A stretch of DNA of 64,000 nt from Mobula hypostoma (GCF_963921235.1 NC_086097.1:219110001-219174000); one strand, 5' to 3'. Numbered from the stretch's first letter, positions 12,916-26,190 are shown. The notes: a model not told the origin generated them from the sequence alone. Numbers and translations: made by a program.

Positions 12916-13982
12916 TTTATTTTTTTGAAATTTAAACAAATTCTTTCCACAGTCCTACCTTTCAATGTATTCTCCCAGTCGAGCATAACCAACACTCCTC
13001 TCATGCCCTCATAGTTTCCTTTGTTTAAATTTAGGATCACAGGTTTGCACTGAACCACGTCACTTTCAAACTCAGAGTTGATTTCTATCAGATTATCAGT
13101 GGCATCACAAGTAGAGCTGCTGCTACATAGATCAAATGACGTGGGTTGATTCCTGACCTTTGTGGAGTTTGTGTGTGTTGTGACTGATCAAACTAAGCCA
13201 TGCAGAAGCTGTAACTCAGATATATATTAAACAAATATTCAAAACAGCAGATAATATGGAGAGAATCTGGTTCTCCCATTCTCACACAATACTTCATACT
13301 TTAAAACACAAAGACAGCAATAATTCATTAACTACAGTGGCTATAATCACGATTTCATGTATAGAAAAGTAACTTTGCTAAATGATATACAGTGGATTTC
13401 AGTTAATTGGGACACATTAGAACCAGTACATTTTAGTCCAATTAAGTAACTGCTCCAATTTGCCAAAGTTTCATTGAAGTAGATTTAACTGAATAACAAG
13501 TTATATATTTAAATGAAATACTGAACAAATTAGAACACTATCAAAACTACTATAGTACTATAAAACAATGCATTAGTTATTGACAAAGGAATTAATCCAT
13601 AGTACACTGCTGTGTTCTTTTGATTGATTGTAAGTAAACAAAATCAATGCCTTCAAATTCAGTACTTGCTGAAGTAGTGAAAATGCTTCATTTTCACTCC
13701 CGGCCATTTCTGACATTTCGAAGTCTGAATACCTGAAACCGCAGTGAGCAAAACATTTCTGAGTTGTCTTACTGCTTATTACTCACCAACTCTCAGTCAC
13801 AAAATCACAGATTTTTGAACACAAACACACGCAAGTGACGCTATTTAACAACTTTCCTCCTTAAGCACAGTGCAGTGTCTCACAACGTGCACTCAACTGG
13901 CTTTAGTTAAAAACTGTTCAGCAACAGCCTCCTGTCCTGGTTAAGTGGCATAGTGTTGCAAATAAACAAAGGGATTCCCAGC

Positions 13983-14079
13983 AACACACATCAAAGTTGC
14001 CGGTGAACGCAGCAGGCCAGGCAGCATCTCTAGGAAGAGGTACAGTCGACGTTTCGGGCCGAGACCCTTCATCAAAGGC
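13983..14079 (-). mobile_element. Penelope terminal-repeat fragment inserted in the Tigger MITE
   Basis: Family motif plus 9-bp TSD attcccagc at 13974-13982 and 14080-14088. Confidence 0.8.
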
Positions 14080-14133
14080 ATTCCCAGCTTATTTTCTTAG
14101 TTTATTTTTGTTCTTTAAGAGTTGTCCCAAATA

Positions 14134-14689
14134 CAAGGGGTGATTGTTAAGTTTGTGGCCTAAGGTAGAAGGAGATGAGTTATTAACTTCAAACTTTCTG
14201 CATAATCACTCAAAGAGTTGACCTGCATGTGCATGTAACGAGAGCTGTATAACTCATCTCCTTCTAACTTAGGCCACAAACTTATCAATCACCCCTGCTG
14301 TGGACACTTTCAGGAGGGCCAAGATCCGTATGTTCCACGACTGCTAGACTAAGTGTGTAAATATTAAGTTAAAGTTAAAGTCTGTCCAGAGCCTTGTGGC
14401 CCATCAGGCCGGTGCTTATGCCGGTTTCTGTGGTGTGAAGCGAGTACCCATTTTCAGCTGGGTGGACTGGAGCAGTGTGTGATTAAATGCCTTGCTCAAA
14501 GATACAGCATGCTGCCTTGGCCGAGACTCGAACCCATGGCCTTCAGGTCGTGAGCCCAATGCCCTAACTACTTGGCCATGCGCCACACGTGTGTAAATGT
14601 AGGAGGGGACTATGTTGAAAAATAAATGTGCTAGTTTATTTAAAATTGACTCCTTCTACCTTAGGCCACGAACTTATCATCACCCCTCA
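14134..14689 (+). mobile_element. Mariner-derived MITE
   Basis: TA|caaggggtgattgttaagtttgtggcctaagg TIR and the inverted TIR at the right end. Once the SINE is removed it contains the mariner C-terminal remnant (TKCVNVGGDYVEK*). Homologous to 41100-41855. Confidence 0.82.
14363..14588 (-). mobile_element. tRNA-derived SINE
   Basis: Minus-strand head tggccaagtagttagggc...gggttcgagtct (A and B boxes) and a (ttaact/ttaac)n-type tail. 10-bp TSD gtgtgtaaat at 14353-14362 and 14589-14598. The empty site is visible in the sister MITE near 41754. Confidence 0.85.
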
Positions 14690-15194
14690 CAAGCAGCAGC
14701 AACTTAATTGGAATCCATTGTATTTACAATGGTCACACACCCCAACTAACAGAACTCCTTTGACTATTCAATATTGATGGCTGGTCTGACAGAGTATAAG
14801 CACAAACTCCGAGACATCCAAAGTATACTGTACCTCTTCTGTCACAGTGTTGAGGGATGAGTCCCTGATTATGCAACTAGCCAGAATATTATGTGACAAA
14901 ACAAACCTGTCTGAACTGTGTTTTAAGTGACAGGAATATGCTTGTAATGATGCATTAATACAGGAAAACACCATGCTCTGTCATGCTTCCCTATTCTCAT
15001 TCTGCTTATTTACTGTCTTTCCCTGCATGACTTCAATGGTACAGAATCAGAATGTGCCATACCTAAAAGCCTTAAAGCATCAATTGAAATTAAATTGCCA
15101 ACAGGTTCTATTTCCTGAAGACTGGTTCTCATTTTAGTTAATCCATGGTTATGAGGGAGTAACTTTATTACTCCAGAATAATTCCCAATTTTGT

Positions 15195-15430
15195 GTTCTA
15201 CCTGTGACTGCATGGTTTTTCTCAAGAGTGCCCCAATTTTCTCCCACATCCCAAGGAATTGCAAGTTGATTGGTTAATTGGCTACAGAAAGTCACGTCTA
15301 ACATCTAGGTAAGTGATAGAATCTGGGGCAGCTGATAGAAATCTGGGGAAAATAAAATGAGATTAGTGTAAGTGGGTGGCTGGTGGTTGGTGTGGACCTT
15401 GCGGGAGAAAGGACTGGTTTCCGTGCTGAA
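15195..15430 (+). mobile_element. HE1-like V-SINE, decayed
   Basis: V-domain-like ggtttttctc...gtgcccc...ttctcccacatcccaag...ggttaattggc. Confidence 0.55.
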
Positions 15431-16942
15431 TGAATCTAGTAACGTCACTCTTACTTAAAGGACGTGAGTGCAGTGTGGAAGAATGATCTTGTCTTGAGAC
15501 ATTATGATATAGAACCGGAATAAATTTCCATTTAGTTGAAGCACAGCTAATGGTGGAAAATATAGACCAGTGAATAATGGTTGTAATATTGGGAATGGCA
15601 CAACCCAGGAAATTAGAGATATATGTAAATGAACACTATAGCTATAACGAGGAAAGTTAACCTACATAGAGACTGGGCAAAACAAACTTGTCAAAGTAGG
15701 GTTGAAGATGAACCCATGGAATGTACACAAGATCAATATTTTGAATATAGAAAATAGAACAGTACAGTACAGTAAAGCATTATGGCATATGATGTCTATG
15801 TCAAGTTAATCCAATTTCCCTGCACATAGTCAATATCCCTCTATTCCCAGACTGTTCATGTGCTTGGTCTAAATGCCTCTGTCATATCTGCTTCTACCAC
15901 CTCTCGTGGCAGCTTATTACAAGCATTTACCACTCTGCCAGAAAAAACAGCCTCATAAACCTATTTTAACATTTCATCTCTGACTTTAGACCATAAGACA
16001 CAGGAGCAGAATTAGGCCATTTGACCCATCGAGTCTGCTCCACCATTCAATCCTAGCTAATCCCTCTTTTCTACCTCTTCAACCCCAGTTCCTGTCCTTC
16101 TCCCCGTAACCTTTGATGCCATGTCCAATCGAGAACCTATCAATCTCTGTCTTAAATACACCCAAGCACCGACTCATCCTGCAAGTTAACCTTCAGGGTG
16201 TTCTGCACAAGGACACCCAAGTCCCTCTGCATCTCAGATTCCTAGATTTTCCCCTGTTTAGAAATGGCCCGCACATTTATTTCTACTACCAAGTGCATGA
16301 CCGTGTATTTTCCAACGTTGTATTTCATTTGCCACTTTCTTGACCATTCTCCTAATCTGTCTAAGTCCTATGCATCCTACCTGTTTCCTCAACACTGCCT
16401 GCCCCTCCACCAACCCTCGTAAAATCTGCAAACTTGGCAACAAAGCCATCTATTCCATCATCTAAATCATTAATATACAGCATTAAAAGAAACGGTCCCA
16501 ACACCAACCCCTGCGGAACACCACTAGTTACTGGCCGACAACCAGGAAAGGATCCTTTTATTCCCACTCGCTGCCTCCTACCAATCAGCCAATACTCTAA
16601 CCATGTTAGTAACTTCCTTGTAATACCATGGGCTCTTAACTTAGTAGGCACTCGTGTGTGGCACCTTGTCAAAGGCCTTCTGAAAATCCAAATATACAAC
16701 ATCCACTGCATCCCCTTTATCTCTCCCACTTCTAATTTCCTCAAAGAATTCCAACAGGTTCATCAGGCAGTATCTTCCCTGATGGAAAACCATGCTGACT
16801 TTGTACTATCTTGTCCTATGTCACCAAGTCCTCCATCACCTCATCCTTAACAATTGACTCAAGCATCTTCCCAACCACTGAGGTCAGGCTAACGGTTCTA
16901 TAACTTCCTTTCTGCTGCCTTTCTCCTTTCTTAAATAGTGGA

Positions 16943-19900
16943 CAATAGACAATAGGTGCAGGAGTAGGCCATTTGGCCCTTTGAGCCAGCACCGCCATTC
17001 ACTGTGATCATGGCTGATCATCCACAATCAGTATCCAGTTCCTGCCTTATCCCCATTACCTTTGATTCCGCTATCTTTAAGAGCTCTATCCATCTCTTTC
17101 TTGAAAGCATCCAGAGACTTGGCCTCCACAACCTTCTGGGGCAGAGTATTCCATATATCCACCACTCTCTGGATGAAAAACTTTTTCCTCAACTCCATTC
17201 TAAATGGCCTACCCCTTATTCTTAAACTGTGGCCTCTGGTTCTGGACTCACCCATCAGCAGGAGCATGCTTCCTGCCTGCAGCGTGTCCAATCCCTTAAT
17301 AATCTTATATGTTTCAATAAGATCCCTTCTCAGCCTTCTAAATTCCAGAGTATACAAGCCCAGTCACTTCAATCTTTTGACATATGACAGTCCTGCCATC
17401 CCAGGAACTAACCTTGTGAACCTACGCTGCACTCCCTCAATAGCAAGAATGTCCTTCCTCAAATTTGGAGACTAAAACTGCACACAGTACTCCAGGTGTG
17501 GTCTCACCAGGGCCCTGTACAGCTGCGGAACGACCTCTTTGCTCTTATACTCAATTCCCCTTGTTATGAAGGCCCAACATGCCATTAGCTTCCTTCACTG
17601 CCTGCTGTACTTGCATGCTTGCTTTCAGTGACTGATGTACAAGAACACCTAGATCTCCTTGTGCTTCCCCTTTTCCTAACTTGACTCCATTTAGATAATA
17701 ACCTGCCTTCCCGTTCTTACCACCAAAGTGGATAACCTCACATTTATCCACATTAAACTGCATCTGCCATGCATCTGCCCACTCACCCAGCCTGTCCAAG
17801 TCAACCTGCATTCTCATAACATCCTCCTCACATTACACGCTGCCACCCAGCTTTGTGTTATCGGCAAATTTGCTAATGTTACTTTTAATTCCCTCATCTA
17901 AATCATTAATATATATTGTAAACAGCTGTAGTCCCAGCACTGAACCCTGCGGTACCCCACTGGTCACCGCCTGCCATTCCAAAAGGGACCCGTTAATTGT
18001 TACTCTTTGTTTTCTGTCAGCCAGCCAATTTTCAGTCCATGTCAGTACTCTGCCCCCAATACCATGTGCCCTAATTTTGCCCACTAATCTCTATGTGGGA
18101 CTTTATCAAAGGCTTTCTGAAAGTCCAGGTACACTACATCCACTGGCTCTCCCCTGTCCATTTTCATAGTTATATCCTCAAAAAATTCCAGAAGATTAGT
18201 CAAGCATGATTTCCCCTTCGTAAATCCATGCTGACTCAGACCAATCCTGTTACTGCTATCCAGATGTGTTGTAATTTCATCTTTTATAGTCATAGTCATA
18301 GTCATACTTTATTGATCCCGGGGGAAATTGGTTTTCGTTACAGTTGCACCATAAATAATTAAATAGTAATAAAACCATAAATAGTTAAATAGTAATATGT
18401 AAATTAAGCCAGTAAATTCTGAAATAAGTCCAGGACCAGCCTATTGGCTCAGGGTGTCTGACCCTCCAAGGGAGGAGTTGTAAAGTTTGATGGCCACAGG
18501 CGGGAATGACTTCCTATGACGCTCTGTGTTGCATCTCGGTGGAATGAGTCTCTGGCTGAACGTACTCCTGTGCCCAACCAGTACATTATGTAGTGGATGG
18601 GAGACATTGTCCAAGATGGCATGCAACTTGGACAGCATCCTCTTTTCAGACACCACCATCAGAGAGTCCAGTTCCATCCCCACAACATCACTGACCTTAC
18701 AAATGAGTTTGTTGATTCTGTTGGTGTCTGCTACCCTCAGCCTGCTGCCCTAGCACACAACAGCAAACATGATCGCACTGGCCACCACAGACTGGTAGAA
18801 CATCCTCAGCATCGTCCGGCAGATGTTAAAGGACCTCAGTCTCCTCAGGAAATAGAGACGGCTCTGACCCTTCTTGTAGACAGCCTCAGTGTTCTTTGAC
18901 CAGTCTAGTTTATTGTCAATTTGTATCCCCAGGTATTTGTAATCCTCCACCATGTCCACACTGACCCCCTGGATGGAAACAGGGGTCACCGGTACCTTAG
19001 CTCTCCTCAGGTCTACCACCAGCTCCTTAGTCTTTTTCACATTAAGCTGCAGATAATTCTGCTCACACCATGTGATAAAGTTTCCTACCATAGCCCTGTA
19101 CTCAGCTTCATCTCCCTTGCTGATGCATCCAACAATGGCAGAATCATCAGAAAACTTCTGAAGATGACAAGACTCTGTGCAGTAGTTGAAGTCTGAGGTG
19201 TAAATGGTGAAGAGAAAGGGAGAAAAGACAATCCTCTGTGGAGCCCCAGTGCTGCTGATCACTCTGTCGGACACACAGTGTTGCAGGCAACACATACTGT
19301 GGTCTGCCAGTCAGGTAATCAAGAATCCATGACACCAGGAAAGCATCCACCTGCATCGCTGTCAGCTTCTCCCCCAGCAGGGCAGGGCGGAATGTATTGT
19401 ACGCACTGGAGAAGTCAAAAAACATGACCCTCACATAATTGACTCCAGCATCTTTCCCACCACCAACGTCAGGCTAACTGGTCTATATTTCCCTGTTTTC
19501 TCTTTTCCTCCCTTCTTGAAGAGAGGGACAACATTAGCCACCCTCCAATCCACAGGAACTGATCCTGAATCTATAGAACATTGGAAAATGATTACCAATG
19601 CGTCCACAATTTCTAAAGCAACCTCCTTAAGTACCCTGGGATGCAGACCATCAGGTCCCGGGGACTTATCAGCCTTCAGACCCAACAGCCTCTCCAACAC
19701 CATTTCGTGCCTAATATAAATTTCCTTCAATTCATCCATTACCCTAGGTCCTTTGGCCACTATTACATCTGGGAGATTATTTGTGTCTTCCCTAGTGAAG
19801 ACAGATCCAAAGTACCTGTTCAACTCGTCTGCCATTTCCTTGTTCCCCATATTAAATTCACCCGCTTCTGTCTTCAAGGGCCCAATTTTGGTCTTAACTA

Positions 19901-20131
19901 TTTTTTTTCCTTTTCACATACCTAAAGAAGCTTTTACTATCCTCCTTTATATTCTTGGCTAGTTTACCTTCGTACCTCATTTTTTCTCCATGTATTGACT
20001 TTTTAGTTACCTTCTGTTGCTCTTTTAAAAGTTTCCCAATCCTCTGGCTTCCCACTCGTCTTTGCTATGTTATACTTCTTCTCTTTTATTTTTATACTGT
20101 CCATTACTTCCTTTGTCAGCCACGGCCTTCA
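16943..20131 (-). mobile_element. Younger CR1 LINE inserted into the older CR1
   Basis: Tail caatagacaatag on +. ORFs with [39 protein letters not shown] and FADNTK. Short TSD tgga at 16939-16942 and 20132-20135. Confidence 0.9.
18289..19434 (-). mobile_element. Rex1/Babar LINE, 5'-truncated, inserted into CR1
   Basis: (ATGACT)n tail. RT motifs FDFSSAYNT, GAPQ, KFSDDSAIVG and SRLYFLRRL. CR1 rejoins as cttttata|attgactcc. Nearly colinear with 57173-58331. Confidence 0.92.
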
Positions 20132-20999
20132 TGGAGTAACATTTGCATTTTCCAGTCCTCTGGCACCATGCCAAAATCCAATGATTTTTGAAGGAGCATT
20201 TCTAATGCAACCACAATCTCTAACGCTACCTCCTTCAGAACCCTAGGGTGCAGTTCCTCTGGTCCGGGTGACTTATGTAATTTTAGGTCTTTTATCTTTT
20301 GAGCAACTTCTATCTTGTAACAGTAACTGCATCCACTTCTCTTCCTTCACACACTACAACATCAGGCATATTGCTAATGTCTTCTACAGTGAAGACTGAC
20401 ATAAAATATTTAGTTCATCAGCCATCTCCTTGCCCTCCGTTATTATTTCTCCTGCCTCATTTTCTCGCAGTCATATATCCACTCTCATTTCTCTTTCAGA
20501 CTCTTGAAAAAACTTTTTCTATCCACTTTGATATTATTTGCTTGCTTGCTTTTATGTTTCATCTTTTCCCTTCTAATGATTCTTTTAGTTGCTCTCTGTA
20601 GGTTTTTAAAAGCTTCCCAATCCTGTCTTCCCACTAATTTTTGCTTTGTCGTATGCCCTTTCTTTTGCTTTAGCGATAGCTTTGACTTCCCTCGTCAGCC
20701 ACGGTTGTACTATTTTGCCACTTGAGTATTTCTTCATTTTTGGAATACGCATGTCCTGTGCCTTCCTCATTTTTCCCAGAAACGCACGCCATTGCTGCTC
20801 TGCTGACATCCCTGCCAGCAGCTCCTTCCAATTTATTTTGGCCAACTCTCTCTCATACCACTGTGATTGCTTACTCCACTGAAATACTGCTACATCATAC
20901 TTTACTTTTTTCCTATCAATTTTTTTTCCCAAATCTCCCATGAATACCATAACATTGCCTTTTTGACTCGCCTTTTCTATTTACTGTTGTAACCTGTGG

Positions 21000-21247
21000 C
21001 AATGGCATCAGCACTGGACTCCGGAGCGAAGGCTCCCGAGTTCGAATCTAAATCGGTCCACCCCCCCCCCCGAGCACACTTTCCTTCCGTGCCGGGTTGA
21101 GCATTGAGCTAACCACTCGGCCTCGTAAAAAAAAGGATCGAGTCAGGAACGTTCATATCGTGACCCGGTTAATACGAAAGGAGTCCAATCCTGACACCAT
21201 GTGCCAGACAAGAATGGCTGACTGTCTGGTGCGACACGCTAAAATAA
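21000..21247 (+). mobile_element. tRNA-derived SINE with an RTE-like body
   Basis: B box gagttcgaatc, cggcctcgtaaaa motif and A-rich end. 9-bp TSD aacctgtgg at 20991-20999 and 21248-21256. Confidence 0.8.
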
Positions 21248-22299
21248 AACCTGTGGTCCACCTCCCAGCCACTGTTGGGAGGCATGTAGATAACTGCCAT
21301 CAACGTCCTTTTACCCTTGCAGTTTCTTAACTCAACGCACAAGGATTCAACATCTTCCGATCCTATGTCACATCTTTCTACTGATTTGATGCCATTGTTT
21401 ACCAGTAGAGCCACACCACCCTCCCTGCCTGCCTTCCTATCCCTCTGATATAATGTGTAACCTTGGACATTCGGCTCCCAACTACAACCATCCTTCAGCC
21501 ATGATTCAGTGATGGCCTTAACATCATACCTGGCAATCTGTAATAATCTGTAATATTGCAAAAAGATCATCCACCTTATTTCTTTAAAGCTATTCCCTTT
21601 GGTATTTGACATTTCTACCCTGAATAAAAACACTCTGATGATTGTACCCTATCTATGCAACTCATGATTTTATATACTTGATCCACAGCCTCTGATGTTG
21701 TTGAGAATGCAATCCAAGTTTGTCCAACCTCTTGTTTGAACTAATACTTTCTAATCCAGGAAACGTTCAACTAAACTTCTTGCTTTTCCCCTATCTTTAT
21801 AAGTTTTTGGTGTCTAAGCTTCAAGGTTCCCTTCCTTAGACAATCTTGTCTGAGTCCTTTGTAGCTAATTTTCAATTGTTAGTTCAGGGAAAATAATTTT
21901 GTGGATATTTTATCACCGATTTTAGAATGATACTTCATGAGTAAATATTTTGTACTCAAGAATAATAATTCAAGGTATCAGCAATGTAAAATAATGCTTG
22001 ACAACATTAGCAAAACCCTTGTTGAGTTTTAACTATAACTGACAGTTAACTATGTTGTTATTTTATTAATCTCCTCAGTCAGCCAATCAAACCTTTTTCC
22101 AATAACTGCACTATATTGTGGCATACCAGTATGATAAAATAATATTGATCCAAATATTCTGAAACAACTGTACAGATTTTCCAGATACAGACTTGTTTAT
22201 CTTTTCTATTTAGAAACAAGTATGAAAAAAGATGCAAAATCTCAACTTCACATTAACTTCAACTGAGAATAATATACTACTTGCACAGATGTGTGACAT

Positions 22300-22930
22300 T
22301 AAAATATTGTTTATGATAAACTGGACAGAAGATTAAATCACATGGGATCGCAATGAGTCATAAATTGGATCCAAACTTGGTTTGTTCATAGGAGATAAGA
22401 ATGTAGAAATAGAGGTGTGTTTTTCTAACTGGAGGTCTATGACCAGGTATGTTTGGTAACAATCAGTGCGATGGCCTCTGTTGTTTTTAATATACGTTAA
22501 TAATTTTGTTTAAAAAAAAATTGAAGATCTGATTTGCATATTTGCAGATGACATGTTGGAGTTGTGAAAAGTGGGAAGGATGCAACAGGATATATGCCAT
22601 TTGGAAGTTTGGGATGTAAAATTGCAGACAGAAAGTGAAATATAAGTATACAGTAATTGGCAAGCACCCTTAGGAGAATTGATGTATAGAGGGATCTAAA
22701 GGTGAATGTCTATTGGTCCTTGAAGGTAGCAACACAAACGCAAAGGTAGTAAACATGCTTGCCTTCATTGATTAGGGATTGGAATATAAAGAAGGGAAAT
22801 AATGTGTCAGCTGTATATATCTTTGGTTATGCCACTTTAGGAGTATTTTGTGTATTCTGGTTGCCACATTACAAGAAGGATTTGGTGGCTTTGGAAGGCG
22901 TATAGAGGTAATTTACAGGAATGGATTTGG
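22300..22930 (+). mobile_element. Highly decayed CR1 RT fragment
   Basis: Recognisable tttgcagatgac (FADD) and ccactttaggagtattttgtg (HLEYCV-like) remnants. Confidence 0.6.
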
Positions 22931-22984
22931 AGAGCATTATTGGCCTGGATAAGAGAGTGCTCATTATAATAACAAGTTGGACAA

Positions 22985-23885
22985 AGGGATGCTCTAAAAA
23001 TAAACAGGGAAATTATAGGCCAGTGAGCCTGACATCAGTCGGTAAGTTCTTGGAAGATATTCTAAGGAACTGGATATACAGTATATGACTATTTGGATAG
23101 ACAGTGATTGATTAGGCATAGTCAACATGGCTTTGTGCGTGGTAGGTAAATCTTATAGAGCTTTTTGACACAGTTACAGGAAATTTGATGAAGGTAAGGC
23201 AGTGGATGTTCTCTACGTAAACTTCAGCAAGGCCTTTGACAAGGTCCCTCACAGGAGGTTGGTCAAGATGGTTCAGTCGCTTGGCATTCAAGATGAGGTA
23301 GTAACTTGGGTTAGACATTGGCTTTGTGGGAGAAACCAGAGAGTGGTAGTAGAGGGTTGCCTTCTTGACTGGAGGCTTGAGACTAGTGCTGTGCCACAGG
23401 GATTAATCCTGGGCCCATTGATGTTTGACATCCAGATCAACAATCTAGCTGATAATCTTGTAATCTGGATCAGCAAATTTGCAGATGATACCAAGTTTGG
23501 GGGTGTAGTGGACAGTGAGAAAGATTACCAAAGTTTGCAGTGGGATCTGGACCGGGTGTAAAAATGGGCTGAAAAATGGCAGATCTGATGTTGGGTGAGA
23601 CTAGAACTAGAGGTCATGAGTTAAGGGTGTAAAGGTAGAATGTTTAAGGGGACGTGAGGGGAAACTTCTTCACTCAGAGAGTGCTGAGAATGTGGAACAA
23701 GCTCCCAGCAGAAGTGGTGGATGTGGGTTCCATTTCAACATTTAAAATAAATTTGGACAGTACATGGATCAGGGGGGTATGGAAGGCTAGGGTCCTGGTG
23801 CAGGTTGATAGGACTAGGCAGATTAATTGTTCGACACAGACTAGATGGGCCAAAGGGCCTGCTTCTGTGTGGTAGTGTTGACTGA
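22985..23885 (+). mobile_element. CR1 LINE fragment, internally deleted
   Basis: ORF 23202-23561 FSKAFDKVPH...VPQG...FADDTK. ORF 23654 RGNFFTQRV. Confidence 0.88.
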
Positions 23886-24085
23886 CTGTCTAAACTAGTA
23901 TGATCTATACTAAACTGAAGTAAATTAATTTTTATAAAGTAACATATCTTCTTCATTCTTGAATCTTTGTGAAAATGAATAGGGCCTATGTTCCTTTGTC
24001 ATATCTGACTGGACACAGGATTGGAGAGGCAGATTGTCATGTGGAATGATAAATTATGGTGGTAATTGTCATTAAGTCCAAGGCT

Positions 24086-24630
24086 CCAATTGTGTACAGT
24101 TCTGGTCACTGAATTATAGGAAAGATATCAATAAAATTGAGAGAGTACAGAGGAGATTTACTAAAATGTTGCCTGGGTTTCATCTCCTAAATTACAGAGA
24201 AAGGTTGAACAAGTTAGGTCTTTATTCTTTGGAGTGTAGAAGGTTGAGGGGGGACTTGATAGAGGTATTTAAAGTTATGAGGGAGATAGAGAGGGTTGAC
24301 GTGGATAGGCTTTTTCCATTGAGAGTGGGGGAGATTCAAACAAGAGGACATGAGTTGAGAGTTAAAGGGCAGAAGTTTAGGGGTAACATGAGGGGGAACT
24401 TCTTTACTCAGAGAGTGGTGGCTGTGTGGAACGAACTTCCAGCAGAAGTGGTTGAGGCAGGTTCGATGTTGTTGTTTAAAGTTAAATTGGATAGATATAT
24501 GGACAGGAAAGGAATGGAGGGTTATGGGTTGAATGCAGGTCGGTGGGACTAGGTGAGAGTAAGAGTTCGACAAAGACTAGAAGGGCCAAGATAGCCTGTT
24601 TCCGTGCTGTAATTGTTATATGGTTATATG
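24086..24630 (+). mobile_element. CR1 LINE 3' end
   Basis: ORF 24166-24552 YRERLNKLGLYSLE...RGDLIEVFK...FFTQRVV. Tail gttatatggttatatg. Confidence 0.92.
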
Positions 24631-24767
24631 GCTTGCAATGCATCTCTGTTTAGGACTGACCTGACTGAAATGGCTTCTGAACTCCTCTCAGAAAGGAAGA
24701 TTCAGCAACAATGTTCATAAAGTCAGATGACATAAAAAATGCAGGAGGTATTTCTTAATCTTGTCTG

Positions 24768-24945
24768 TGCCAGTGGTGTAGTGGGATCCACACCAGACTT
24801 CAGAGCAAGAGGTCCCAGGTTCAAATCTGGCTAGCTTCTTGCACGAATTTTACTCACGCTGAGTTGAGTGTTGAGTTAGCAATTTGACCCCGTAAAACAG
24901 ACAAAATGCTATAGAAATGGCAGGGTTGCCACCCACTGGGAGGAA
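24768..24945 (+). mobile_element. tRNA-derived SINE (same type as 21000-21247)
   Basis: A box tggtgtagtgg, B box ggttcaaatc, and gagttagcaatttgaccccgtaaaa body. Confidence 0.7.
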
Positions 24946-25784
24946 CAATTTCTTAATTTTACTGTCACCTGATATCTGATAAGATTAAAATTTGAACTCA
25001 TTTATACATTGCAAATATTCCCTTTATCTTGTAATTAATGGCCGTGTAAAAATCATTTGTCCTGCCAAATTCAGAACATTTGCAACATTGTATTCTGAAC
25101 TTCCTCTGATCCACCCATGCGAATCTATTGCAAAATAATTTTTGTTGTTCATATTCTATGCAAGATTTTTTTCCTCTTATCTCTATCAGTGATCCTTGGT
25201 TGACTGGTTGTTCTTCCTGCTTCATACAGTAGCAAGCTGATTTAAATTTTGATTTAATATGTTGTTTAGTTTTTTCAGTTCATGCTCTGCTGAACACTGA
25301 TGCCAAAGAATGATAATTGGTGCTGGGGAGACAGGTCACTTGTAAGCAGCCAGCCAGATTCCCTGAACTTCATTAATCAGACAATTGAAAACATTTGGCC
25401 TGATTGGTGTAAGACATTCAAATTTATTTTCAAAGAGCAGAAATGAATGATAAACCAGTTCATATGGTGTTTTACAGTGTTAATTTTTAAGGGAACTCTG
25501 TGTATTCAGGCAGTCACCTTCGTGAGGATGCTGTAGTTCACTTGTGATTGTGCTAACCACTATGCAACCATTCATTAATCCCACTGACCAAAAACTGTCT
25601 TGTCACATTCCTATCCCAACTCCTCCAGGTTCCAGTCAGTTCAAGTTTTGCCATTCCACAGTAAGCAAGATAAATTGATAAGGTGATTTGGGCTTAGCAA
25701 CAAAAGATACAAAATGCCATAATAAAAGGTGGTGTTAAGGGTACATTTCATACGGTGTCTTCCTACTAAACACTCCACTATTGA

Positions 25785-26190
25785 AGTCTTGGTTGGATTG
25801 CTCTTTGTCTGGAACTTCTCCCTTAGTCTTACCACCATGGGCGACCCTACCAGGAGCTATGCACCAAATAACTAAACTCCAGACGGCATCACTTTCAGGA
25901 TCGCAGGGCATCATAAGCCTCTTCACCACGATGGGGTGGTGATCCTCAGAGATGCCATCCAAGACATCAATAGTAGAACTGGTGGAAAATGGTGACCCCT
26001 GGCAACTGCAATGAAGGTAGAAGAATGCTGCAACAGTGAAGGGTCCCCAGTTGTCCTGAACATCGTGCCACTGGACCCTGACCCCTGACCCCGATCTGTT
26101 AAGGACCGTGTGGTGGCTGCCCATGCATCAGCCTCCCCACGGTAAACAACATCATAAATAGGCCTTCTCCGCTTTAACATCCCACTCACT
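25785..26190. mobile_element. RTE (Rex3/Expander-like) 5'-UTR-derived non-autonomous element, with an inverted 5' part
   Basis: 25785-25940 on - reads catcgtggtgaagaggctt...cctggtagggtcgcccatgg...ccagacaaagagc, an RTE 5'-UTR motif. 25955-26190 continues on + and is colinear with 26930-27130. Confidence 0.7.

Larger units (their letters stand above)
10560..13085 (-). mobile_element. Old CR1 LINE, interrupted by a solo LTR and a Rex1 fragment
   Basis: Degenerate CR1 ORF2 remnants: AEELKNYFVCVF (12039-12254), KGNYEGMR...DWENTLKGRTVE (12864-13058) and RT-like sequence around 11000-11400. Confidence 0.7.
13390..14720 (-). mobile_element. Tigger/pogo-derived MITE hosting nested insertions
   Basis: TA|cagtggatttcagttaattgggacac at the left end and ttaattggaatccattg|TA at the right. 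Body colinear with 28871-29666. Confidence 0.8.
15988..21560 (-). mobile_element. Older CR1 LINE (endonuclease to 3' tail), host of nested insertions
   Basis: CR1 ORF2 pieces: AITESWL...GYTLYQRDR (21169-21633), ELAKINW (20606-20950) and SGVPQG...FAD (16361-16744). The sequence cttaaatagtgga|gtaacatttgc rejoins across 16943-20131. Confidence 0.85.

Noticed and set aside
24768..24835. tRNA gene (also at 21000 and 14510-14588)
   Set aside because: A and B boxes are present but there is no complete cloverleaf. Each continues into a SINE body, and two have TSDs.
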